NCBI GenBank assembly: GCA_031835245.2
Contig: JAVKOQ020000057.1
Location: forward strand, 1-64,000
Direction of reading: 5' to 3'
Source of the DNA: Balamuthia mandrillaris
Taxonomy: Eukaryota
Length of the DNA: 64,000 nucleotides
Numbering within the stretch: the first letter of the stretch is position 1; every line of letters starts with the position of its first letter. The notes under the pieces are model-generated. The model ran no database searches. It saw only the letters and a list, made by a program, of their open reading frames with translations, and was not told the DNA's origin. The translations under genes and the position numbers were made by a program. Shown in pieces: positions 36,841 to 48,417 of the stretch.

Positions 36841-37945
36841 GTTTGTGTGTTTGTTTGTTGTGGTGTTGTTGCGTTTGTTGTGGCTCCTTTTTAAAACTGC
36901 CAAAGAACAAAGCCAAGGACTATTTGAAAGGCTGAAGAGGAAAAGAATGGCACAAAAGTGTTGAATGAACCAATCAACCGCGGTTGGCTGACATGAGTGA
37001 GGCCTGCCTCTCAAAAAACAAAAAAAAAAAAAAAGGGCCGGGCCAACCACCACAAACGCATCCATGAGAGAGAGAAGAGGAGAGGATAGAGTAGAGTCGA
37101 CTTGTTTAAACAAAAATATCCGTCGGTGCCCACCAGCTCGTCAAAGATTTCTCTTAGGCTAGGCTGGCAGGACACATGAAAAAACGACAAAAAGGGGGGG
37201 GGGCGAGGCGCCTGGGCAGAGGAGGGGAGGAGGGGAACATGTTCGTCTGTCAGATATCGGAACGGTTGACAGGAGGGGAGGAGCGTTCGTGTTTGTCAAT
37301 TTCTTTAAAAACAAAAGACAACATTGGCGTCGTTCGTCCGAGGACGGCTGTCACCCGCGGGCCCCTCTGTCGCGCTTGACGTCGGCACGCCGCGGGAGCG
37401 AGCCAAAAACCAAAAAGATCCCACCTCACACCCATGCCCCTTCGGCTCCGTGGGTGGGGAAAACGCATGGCCTCCTCGGTACTTACGCACTTACCTTGCC
37501 GGGTGGCCCCCACTCTTTGCTTTTTCCTTCCGGCAACAACGGAGCTTCGTCTTACCAGAGAACATTTTTTCGCTTCTTCGCACTGAAACTGACTCCACTG
37601 CTCCTCGCCCTTTCTTTCGCACCCGCTTTGCAGTTGCTCGCTTGTGTTGTGTTCCGCGGCGGCCAAGCAAAGAGGGCGTTCTGGGCGTCTTTGGTTTTTT
37701 TGTTTGTTTTTTTTTTCACACACAACCCAAAAAAAACAGTGCAAAAAGTGAAAGGAAATGTTCGCGAGGTAATGAATGGTTCGTTTATGTACAAACATAA
37801 GGTAGAGAGTACAAGGTAGCATCGGCCTTTTTTTTTATTTTTTCTTTGTTTGTTTGTTTTTTGTTTTGTTTTGTTTTTACACTATATAACGCTACGCGAA
37901 AAACAAAAAAAAAAACGGGAAGAGAGAGCGAGAGGTGCTGGCGCT

Positions 37946-38824
37946 TTATGGAGCAGCGCAGGGAGTGTCCAGAGGGTTGATGTTGAAGGGGCTCACATGC
38001 TTGCAGTGCACGTCGGGCTGAGTGTTGGCCAGATAGGTGTGGAACGCACGGCAAGCCACCGTGTTGCCGGAGCCGATCAGTCCGATGTCCGAGACCAAGG
38101 GGATGCTGCTCATGAAGTCCTCGCAGTGCTGGCGGTCGTCGTAGACCTGGTTGGGGCCAGTGCAGAAGTGTTGGATCCTGTCGCACACGCGGGTGATGTT
38201 CTTGTCCACGTCCGCGGGGAGGTTGTTCCACATTTGCAGGGTGTCCTGGAAGAGACGGATGAAGTACAGCTGGTGCAGCTCATCAAAGTAGAAGTATTGA
38301 ATGTAGCCGGAGGTGAACTCCTGGGCCAACTGGATGCTGTAGAGGGTCTGGTCGCAGTAGTGCACAACGACGGTGTGCTTCTCCTTCTTCCAGGGGCGAG
38401 AAGGGTCAGTGGCCACGTAGCGTTGTTCCATCACCACCTCGTTGGTGGTCATCACGCGGACCTCGTAGAGGTCAGCAATGTCGGGGTCGCCCAAGAGGAA
38501 GTAATTGTAGTTCTTCTCCCGGTCGTTGATGTATATGCCGGCCAGAGGGACCTCCGTGATGGCGTCCTCCCGGAAGAAGTCGTAGACCAGGTCGTAGTTC
38601 CTGGCCACCACCAGCTCTTGGTTGTACACGTCCACCAGCCGACGCTCCACCGAGTTCTCCCCAGAGTTGGAGTAGCAGCGGCAGTACCTGTTCCCTATGC
38701 ACTCCCTCCACGAGTCATCGGTGCAAGCCCCATGGTGGTCGTCGTCATCGTCGTGGTGACCCCCGCCAAAGACAAGCGTGGCGGACAGCAGGATCACCAG
38801 CAGGAAAGCAGAGAGTTTGTGCAT
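37946..38824 (-). CDS. Secreted Cys/His-rich protein of unknown function, paralog C
   Basis: Intronless 292-aa ORF with a signal peptide. TATATAAAAA box about 55 bp upstream on the minus strand. Confidence 0.85.
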   Translation of the reverse strand: MHKLSAFLLVILLSATLVFGGGHHDDDDDHHGACTDDSWRECIGNRYCRCYSNSGENSVERRLVDVYNQELVVARNYDLVYDFFREDAITEVPLAGIYINDREKNYNYFLLGDPDIADLYEVRVMTTNEVVMEQRYVATDPSRPWKKEKHTVVVHYCDQTLYSIQLAQEFTSGYIQYFYFDELHQLYFIRLFQDTLQMWNNLPADVDKNITRVCDRIQHFCTGPNQVYDDRQHCEDFMSSIPLVSDIGLIGSGNTVACRAFHTYLANTQPDVHCKHVSPFNINPLDTPCAAP

Positions 38825-39637
38825 GTTTGTTGTGTTTGTGCAGTGGAAGAAGAAAAAACTGTTACAGCGAGCCCTTTTTATATGAGTGTCACTCTGAAGA
38901 AGCGAAAACGAGCAAAATGGAAGGAGAAGGAACGTGCTCGGCGATAAAACACTTCACTTTCCAGGAAGTGCGATTGCTTTTGTACGCTTTTAGTAGTTTT
39001 GCCCCGAAGGAGTGCGCCAATGCAGGACTTTGTTAGCGTAAACGAGCCGCTTAAGTGAAGACAACGGGATCGGATGGAAGCCAAAAAGGTCCGAAGGTAA
39101 TATAGCACATAATGCAATTAATATAGGTTACCAAGTAACCTGCAGCTTCGCCAAACCGCGCGAGTTTTCGCTATAAAACACGCAATGCGCCAACGAACTG
39201 GCACTCTTTTACGCAAGGAGGGTCGAGTAACGTTTAGAAGACCTCACGGGGGTCTTATCTCGCAGGATGGGTTACGAGAACATGCGTGGGGCATTCAAAC
39301 GTTAATTCCAAAAACAGAGAAGAGAGGAGAGAGATGGGCAAGGTTTGCGTTTGAGGGGACCGTCGCGTTGGCGGGTTGCCTCGTAGGCAAGCGACCTGGT
39401 CGTTCAGCTGTTGCATGAATTGCGGAGATCCAACGGAATACGAACGAAGAAAAGGAAAAAAAAAAACAAGAATGTACTCCGGAGTGTGTGACGTTTGTTT
39501 TGAACGGAAAACGAACGGAGAAGAAATGATGAATGAAGCCATCCGGCCAAACTACACAGATAGAAGGATAGGAGGTACTGTTTGGAATGTACATTTTTTT
39601 TTAAAAAAAAATAGTTGTGGTTTCTTTTTGCGTCCAG

Positions 39638-40521
39638 TTATCTTCGTTGAACGGTTACATGGAGCCCTCCGCGTGGCAACATCACGATAGAAGTAACGTA
39701 GGTCTTGTTTTCCTCGCCGGGAAGTAAACATATCTTGTACCGCTTCAACACCGCGCACAGCACCATTGCTGCCTCCACATACGCCATTTCTTTTCCTAAA
39801 CACGTCTGTTTGTTTGAGGTTTGTTAAACAAAGCATGAAGGAGAAAGACGAAGACAACAACAACAACAAAAAAAAAAGAACACCAAAAGAAGCAGAATGA
39901 ATAAAGATGTATACCTGAGGTCCCAGAAAGAAAGCAGGAAAGATGCCTTTAGGCATATTTGCGATTCTTTCCTCCGTCCACCTCTCCGGTCGATACTTCA
40001 TCGGGTCGTCCTCATCATCGTCCTTCCAAAGCTCCGCCAGTCGCCCCATCGCATAGGCCGAGAAGAAGACCTCATCATCGGGCAGAACTAACGTGCCATC
40101 AGGAAGACGATCCTCTTGAACCGCTTTGCGACCGTCCAAAGGAACGGAGGGATAGAGCCGTAACGTCTCGGATAGGACTTGGCGAGCGTAAAGCAGCTCG
40201 TTGGAGAGTTGTTGAAAGGAAGGAACGAAACGCTCTTCTTTTTGTTCTTTTGGAGATGATAACGAAGAAGAAGAGATGGTCTGATCGATGAGATAGAGAA
40301 GGTTGTTTTCGACCGATGGGTTTTTGCACAAGCAGTAGAATGTCCAAGTCAATACCTGCGGTACATATCGTAGTTTTGCGTTATTCCATGAATAAAAGTA
40401 AGACAAAGGCAAACACAAAAAAGCAAGGAAATAGGTACAGCAGCCGTCGTATCTCTTCCAGCAAGCAAAAAGTTCATAAACACATCCCTCAAATATTCGT
40501 CTGTTTTTGTCAGAGTATTTC

Positions 40522-40566
<45 letters not shown>

Positions 40567-41919
40567 AGAGAGAGAGAGAGAAGAAAGGAAAAGCGAACCA
40601 GTTAAAGGCTTTCCGTCATCATCTGTCAACAATAGGAACTGAGAGAGAATGTCCGTCTTGCCGCGAAGTTCCTCTGGACTCTCCTTCTTCTTCTCCGCCA
40701 ACACGCGATGGATGAGCGCGTTTGCTGCCTCAATAGCGCTCAACAAGCCGGAAGGAGTGAAGACCCGCCAAAAGGGATTCGTCACTCGCTTTACGATGGT
40801 GGCTTGAGCAAAGTCAAAGTGTTTGGCAAAGTCGAGTCTCTCTTTGGCAGTGAGATGGTCGGCGGAGGCTAAACCGAGTTCTAAGAAAGTGGCCATCGTG
40901 AATTGAAGGAAGGTCTTGTTGAAACGAGAGGAGGAGAAGAAGAACAAGAAGAAGAAGACGAAGCGAGAAGAAGAACAAGAAGAAGAAGACGAAGCGAGAA
41001 AAAGAAGGAGAAGAAAAAGAAGGAGAAGGAGAAGAATAAGAAGAACAAGAAGAACAAGAACGAGGTGATGATAATGAATTAGGTTAGAACAAAAAGAACC
41101 GATATAATACAGAGAGAAGAAAGGAACCTGGCAAAGGTCAATCGATTGTTTACTCTCAGCAGCAGCATCCAACGTTTTGAAGAGAGACGATAAGATGTGT
41201 TCCTTGAACAAAGGAACCATCATTTGCTCGATGTTGGCAGAGCGGAACAACGGTTTGGCCAACTTTCGGTGCAGCAACCATTCTCTACCATCTGAAGTGA
41301 ATATCCTGTGAACAACAATGTGGTAAATAAGAAGGGAGAAGAAGAAGAAAAATAAGAAGGAGGACAAGAAGAGAAGGTAGCAAGGAAAGAGAGAAGCAGA
41401 GGATAGCGAGAAGTGAAGCAGGGAATGAGCACCCATCACCCAGCAATTCGTGGAAGTACTGTCTTCTAGCAGAGCCTCTCACGTAGTTCTTAAAGTTTTT
41501 GTTCAGAACGTGGTCCAAGTTTTCTGGCCTCGATACACAAATGGAATGAAGGGAGCCTGCACGTAATGCAAACGTTTCACCTTTATAGGCACGCTATATA
41601 CCCATCATTATAGGCCTTTTAGTGTTAGTCTTTTGTTCTTGTTGGGAAAAAAAAAAACCAGAAAGCAAGAAGACGAAGAAGCAGAAAAAGAAGAAAGCAG
41701 GAGAAGCAAAGGGAATGAAAAAAATAATTAAAAAAAAAAAAAACAAACCACAAGGTCAGTAAGGTAGTCATGAATACGATGGTGGTTCCAAATGACTTGC
41801 AGGTTTCCTATCCATGGCAGCTGCATGGGACCAGGCAAGCCCCTTGTGAACCTTTTCCACAGCCACCAAGCCCAGCCCACCAAAAGGACAGCCGCAACGC
41901 CAACGGCAAGAAGGTTCAT
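39638..41919 (-). CDS. Microsomal cytochrome P450 (CYP86/94/704-like fatty-acid hydroxylase type), multi-exon
   Basis: N-terminal TM anchor plus LPGP, IFTSDGREWLLHRK, FLLAGRDTTA, ETLRLYPSVP, PERW, spliced heme motif FFLGPQ|TCLGKEMA. Stop at 39638-39640. Confidence 0.88.
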
Positions 41920-42357
41920 CGACGGCGTGTTTCGGTTTCTCTCTCTTTGGTTTCCTTCAAAAAAATGGTTGCATGAAAAGGGAAGAAAAGGGTTGCATTA
42001 CGCTCACGTCGTCTTGAAAGTGATGGCTACAAGGGTGTAGGACACATTTTTTCCTTGGTTCGAGGTGCAGGCCGTGAAAATGTGCAGGGGAAACGGGGGG
42101 ACAAGCCGAATTTGAGAGAGAAGGTGGGAGGGAGGAGTTGCGTTGATGTCGCATTGTTTCATGGCGAGGATCAAACCTGTTTGGCCCGGCTCCGTAGCAC
42201 ATTGAAGCGGTGAGTTGCGTGAAGCTTAGCGTACCTCAGCAGAAAGCAGAGACTTGAAGAGGGCACCTCCAGGGTGATAAGGTTGCAGGCGAAAACGAAG
42301 CCAATCAAACATAAAGAAAAAAAACTCAGCAGAGAAAGCAAGAAAAAAAGAAGCTGT

Positions 42358-42402
<45 letters not shown>

Positions 42403-42458
42403 ACATGCTAGCTATTCTCACAAATTAATTGTTGTTTTCCTTTTAGCATGCCAACCCT

Positions 42459-44123
42459 CTATTCCACCACCTTCAACACCCTCAAAATGTTGGTCGATCC
42501 GCTCTGCTCCTCAATCTGCCCAGAGGTCAACACAATGACGTCCCCATCATCCACCAGCCTCAGCTTCTTGGCATAGTCAATGGCCCTGGCGATGAGCTTC
42601 TCGGTGCCTGCCATCGAGTCCACCAGGAAGGGCACCACGCCTCGCGAGACCAACAGCTGGCGCGAGGTGATGGCGCAGTTGGTCACGGCCAGGATGGGCA
42701 CGGCCGCACGGTACTTAGTGATCAGGCGGGCGGTGTTGCCGCTCTCCGTGAGGCAGATGATGAGGCGGGCGTTGATGTCCCAGGCGGTCTTCACGGCCGA
42801 GCTGGCAATGGTCTCAGGGACGGGGATAGGGGGCACTACCGGCGCACGGAGGCGCTTGTAGAGGGCGCGATAGTCAATGTCCATCTCGGCACGGTGGCAA
42901 ATCTTGGACATCATCTGCACAGCGTGGATGGGATACTTGCCCTTGGCCGTCTCTCCAGAAAGCATGACGCAGTCGGAGCCGTCAAACACGGCGTTGGCCA
43001 CGTCGGTGGCCTCGGCACGGGTAGGCCTGGGGTTGTTGATCATGCTCTCCAACATTTGAGTGGCGGTGATAACGGGCTTGCCGACAAGGTTGCACTTGGC
43101 AATCATCATCTTTTGGGCAGTGGCCACGCGTTCGATGGGGATCTCCACGCCGAGGTCGCCACGAGCCACCATGATGCCGTCCGCCACTTTGAGGATCTCG
43201 TTGAAGTTGTCAAGACCCTGCTGGCTCTCAATCTTGGCAATGATGCGAATGCCAGCCTCTCTCACGCCGGGCAGATCCCTGATGGCGGTCACGTCCTCGG
43301 CCCTACGGATGAAGGAGGCGGCGATGAGGTCCACGCCCACGCGCACTCCAAACTCAATGTCCCTCATGTCCTTCTCTGTAACGGCGGGAAGATCCACGTT
43401 GGTACCGGGGAGGTTGACTCCCTTGGTCTCTCCCAAGAGGCCAGAGTTGTCCGCCCGACAGACAACAAGGTTGTCCTCGGTGATGGACATGACAGTGAAG
43501 GAGAGCAAGCCGTCATCTACCAAGATCTGGCTGCCAGGGGAGACCACCTTGGGCAGGTTGGCGTAAGTCACGGAGACTTGGTTCCCGTCGCCCTGGAAGG
43601 ACTCGTCCGTGGTGAAGGTAAAGGTCTGTCCCGATTGGATCATGATCTCTTTTGTCTCTCCAGCAAACTTGCCTGACCGGATCTCGGGTCCCTTTGTGTC
43701 CAACATGATGGCGCAGGCCTTGCCTGTCTCTGCCACTACCTCTCTTACATTATTCACCACTGACTCATGATACTGTTTGTGAAAAACATAGAGAAGCACG
43801 ATAAGGGAGAAAAAAAAGCAAAAAAGCAAATGGCAGTTTTAAAAAAATGAATGGAGAAGCGAGGAGAAGGGAGGAAGTGAGAAGAGGGAGGAGAGAAAAG
43901 GCGCAGAGAAGGGAGAAAGAAGAGAAGAACGAGGGAGGAGCGCACCTTATAGTCTCCATGAGAAAAGTTAAGGCGAGCAACGCTCATGCCCTCAAGGATC
44001 ATGCGCGAGAGGTAGGATTTGTTGTTTGTGGACGGGCCGATGGTGCAAATGATTTGTGTCTTTACGGCCAAAGGATTGCGCTCTAATGTTGCCAACAAGG
44101 AGAGCAGAAAAAGCAAGTGCCAA

Positions 44124-44170
<47 letters not shown>

Positions 44171-44267
44171 AACAGAGTGGAGTTTGATTAACAGCAGACG
44201 TTAGCTCCACAAAAAAAAAAAGACAACGTAAACAGAAGAAAGGAGGAGGAACGTAAGGAAATGGAAG

Positions 44268-44299
<32 letters not shown>

Positions 44300-44383
44300 A
44301 AAGAGAGATTCTTTTTACTTACCATCGGAGAGACCGCCCAGCAAACTGGAGGTCAAACTTCGTTTCACTGCCTGTCCAGCCAT
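42459..44383 (-). CDS. PK: Pyruvate kinase
   Basis: KTQIICTIGP, ARLNFSHG, LDTKGPEIR, IIAKIE, IMVARGDLGVE, ATQMLESM, PTRAE, MLSGETA. Confidence 0.97.
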
Positions 44384-44625
44384 TTGTTTGGTTTTTACGG
44401 AAATGTGAGAGAAGATGGGTCCTGGTTGTTGGTTGGGTTTTGGTGTTGGTTTGCAGTGACAAAGAAGAAGAAGAAGAAAACAAAAACAAAAAAAAAAATG
44501 AGTGAAAGGTGTTCAAAAAAAATGAAAGGCACGAAAGGGAAAGGTGGCTCCTCAAAAACAGTCGACCCTCGCTAGCGAGCGTTTCGCTTGGCCAATGGCC
44601 AAGCGAGAGCGCTCCAAGAGGAGAG

Positions 44626-44670
<45 letters not shown>

Positions 44671-45199
44671 AGGGTACCTGCGGAGGGAGCGACTTACAAA
44701 AGCGGCAAAGAAGGGGGAGAGAGAGTAGCGAACAAAAAAGAGAAAAGGATCAGAAACAAAAAAACAAAACGAAACGAAAAAAGGCGGCAGAAGGCGCAAG
44801 AAAATCAATCGTCATATTGCGTAGCGGTCATTCTGTCCGCTCGGTGCAGGCAGGCCCTCCCCGCGAAATTGAGGTGGACACAAAAGGGATTCGGGCTTAT
44901 GATCTCATTCCTAATTAGGGATATATGATTTGATCGATCTCACACTTATTTTCCCTGAAACTTCAGGATTGCAATCCTTGCCTTTTATAGCAAAGAAATG
45001 AATATTGAAATTTCCATTTCGGAAATTGCCGATCGGAGGGTGACGTGTGTTCCCGATTTATCGAGTCGTCATGGATCTGGAACTCGCAAAACAAAAAAGA
45101 AGAAAGGAAAGGAAGAATAAGCCAACGCTTTTTTTTTTGTGTGCCTCCTTCTTCCCTCCTCTCTCTCTATCTCGCTTTATTGTGTGTTTTTTTTTTTTG

Positions 45200-45821
45200 A
45201 TGCTCGCTCCAAAACAATTTGTGCCAGGAGCTGCCAATGGCTTGCCTAACGCCATTTCCTGGGGCAATTGCCGAGGGACCACAGTGCTGGTACATGATTT
45301 TGTTTGTTTTTTTTTTTGTGCAACAAATGGAATCTTCTTACCGATTTTCAATGGTCGAACTCTTGATGATGATTTTTTGTTTTGTTTTTTTTTTTGTGCA
45401 ACAAATGGAATCTTCTTACCGATTTTCAATGGTCGAACTCTTGATGATGATTTTTTGTTTTGTTTTTTGCGCTACTTGCTTTGTTTAGGCGTACGCCACT
45501 GGAGGAAGCGTTGTGATTCTCTCTTCTTCGCTGCAAGTGCTTCAAATAGTGGAGGGCACCGCTGATGACTCGGTCGTTTGCCTCAAATGGAGCCCGCAAG
45601 GAGGCAAGGTTCGTTTACTTGAGGAGCCCTTATTCTCTCTCTCTCTCCCCTCTTTTTCTTACGACCTTTCCACTTAGTTGGCTGCTGGGGTGGGTACATG
45701 CGTTGTGCTCTATGAACCTGATCTTGAGCGTTCGGACTCTCGTGCTGTGGTAAGTTTTTTTATTGGACTCTTCTCTCTTCTCTCTTCTCGTCTCTCGTCT
45801 CTCTTCTCTCGTCTCTCGTTT

Positions 45822-45859
<38 letters not shown>

Positions 45860-46661
45860 CTCTTTGTTGAATGTTGGACTGAGCTTACTCACTTTGTTGG
45901 TTGGTGTGCGTCTTGATCACAGTACTGGAAACAAGCACAGCTTATTGATACCGAACACTCTGTGAAGTCGCTTTCGTGGGGCGGTCAAGGTCTTTTCTCT
46001 CTCCGTGTATCTCTTCTCTTTTGATTTTTTAAACTCTCTCATCTTTCGTTATCATTTTCTCTTGCCCCTCCCTTTTCCCGCTTCTTCTATCTTCTCGTTC
46101 TTTCTCACTTCTTACTGTTCTTCAAACTGTAATAAAACCTCACGCTTCAGACCTTTTGCTTGCTGCTGGATCACAACTGAGCTTGTGGCAATTAAAACCG
46201 CCTGTTACACATTCACCTGTACTCTCTCTCTCTCTCTCTCTCTCTCCCTCCCTCTCTGTTCCAACAATTAACATTGTTCTCATGTAGGAGTACCATGACA
46301 GTGCACAAGAGAAGACTGACACAGGCACTTCATCAGAAAAGAGGAAGCAAACGGACCAGACCATCACACCCACTGACAAAAAGGAAAACACTGTTTCCTA
46401 TCCATGCTGCATATGGCGGCAGCAGTGCGTCAAAGACGTTCATTACTCTGCCTATTCTCCTGATGGTACTTACTTTGCTACCGCCGGCGAGTATGACCGT
46501 CTTTTGAAGATTTGGTATAGGCACACATCCGTTCTCCCCCAAGGTATTTTCTTATTCTTATTCTTATCCTTATTTCATTTTCTTATTTCTTATTTCTTAT
46601 TTCTTATTTCTTATTTCTTATTTCTTATTTCTTATTTCTTATTTCTTATTCTTATTCTTTC

Positions 46662-46702
<41 letters not shown>

Positions 46703-47498
46703 CTCGCTCATTGTTATTCTTAACTTTTGCATTGCTCTCCGGTTTCAGACAAAGGTGAACCGCAAGGGACAGCTGCCCCGCAACTGCGATTCATATATTT
46801 ACCCCATCCTCGTTCTGTTACCAGCATGTCATGGCGCAAGGAAGCTATTAGCCAACCGTAAGCCCTTTGTCGTTTCTTTCTTGTATCTAGTTTTGCTCAC
46901 AAGGACTGGATTAATATTTTTTCTTTTTGTAGACGCCCCAACATCCTACTCACACAAAGCAGAGACTGGATTGCACGGCTATGGCTGGAAACGGGTACAT
47001 CCACCACTCCACGGTTTAGTATCTGTAGTGTCATCGAGTGCGCCAAGAATACACCGGTCAGCTGGCTGTACTACGAAACCAATGTGAGCTGCCAGACGCA
47101 ACCGACGAAAAGCAACAAACAACAAACTATGGAAAAGGAGACAACTGATCGCAAGAAGCAAAAGGAGGATTGCAAGCTGAAGAGTGACTCCGAAGCGTCT
47201 TCCGCAAAGACAGAGAACGACTCGCTGAACGAAAACGAGTTTAACGAGAGACATTCCAAACTCCCATTTGGTTTGTAACAGCCCAGCTTCTGTCTCCCTT
47301 ACTTTTCTTACCAACTATCTTCCTATATCCTACCTTATTCAAACAGAATATACTCATGAAAACGATTATATTTGTGGAGTACCGGCTCAACATTCGTCTG
47401 CCAAAGATGAAGGCAGTTTGGTTATTTGGCGAGTAAAAGGCAACCCTCAACAACGACGCCAAGCCCCATCCGTGTCCATGTGGGTTCAACTGGTACAT

Positions 47499-47531
<33 letters not shown>

Positions 47532-48369
47532 GAGCTTTCACTATCATTCTTTTTCTGTTGGTTTTATTCGTTGTCGTTACTTATGCTTTTTTCCATTCCT
47601 ATCAAAGGCCAATGTCAATATGTATGGCCCTGGTCCTAAGCTCCGATTCATAAAACGTAAGTCCATAAAGGCACAACAAGGCACTAATATAAAAGAAGAG
47701 CTAGAAAAGTTGAAGGAGGAAAAAGATAACATGGAAGGCGGCTCTAGCACTCAAGAAGAGCAACGCAATCCTAACGCTCCTCATCAGGACTTTCAATGGG
47801 TGGATAAAGCCCGAGCACACCTTTTACTGCAATCTTCTTCTCAACAAACCTCATCTCGCTCAACCTATTCTTCTTCCGTCACTTCTTCCTTTGCAAAGTT
47901 GAGCTCCTCTTTTCTTCCTGCTGCCATGTTTCCTGTTTGTCTCAGCTTCTCTGACAGTACCAACAATGAACGCAATATCTCTGCTCTCTTTGGTGGTGGT
48001 GGTGGGGGTGGCGGTGGAGCAGCTGGTCAACTGCGTCTACCTTCCTCCCTATTCTACCCCTCCAAGCTTAACATCTATCTTTATCGCATGCACGGCGCCA
48101 TCACCTGCAAGTGCGTGGACATACAAGGACCAGCCAACACTCGTATTGACTATGGCCCTTCCTCTAGATGCTTCGGTCATCACTCTCCGGTTCAGCGTAT
48201 CATCGTTCATCCTAACGCGGTCGACTTTCCCTATGTCTTTTCTTTGGATGCAGCGAAAGGTGGCATTCTATGGCAGGCCGCTGAGACAGCGGTTGCGGAT
48301 CCGCCGTTTGTCCTTCGCGATGTTTCTGTGATGCAGAAGATAGACCTTGTTCGTTGGGCTCATACTGGT

Positions 48370-48417
<48 letters not shown>

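Noticed and set aside
36004..38947. Long plus-strand ORFs opposite the triplicated genes (and 42894-43676 opposite pyruvate kinase)
   Set aside because: These are antisense shadows expected from GC3-rich codon usage, with no independent motifs.
38900..39540. Short hairpins (GGTTAC-CAA-GTAACC, AAGACCTC-ACG-GGGGTCTT) as a possible ncRNA
   Set aside because: The stems are short enough to arise by chance, and no recognisable RNA family or Pol III signals were found.
45296..45468. Intronic box C/D snoRNA pair (TGATGA present)
   Set aside because: There is no matching box D (CTGA) or terminal stem. A simple tandem duplication or assembly duplication explains it better.
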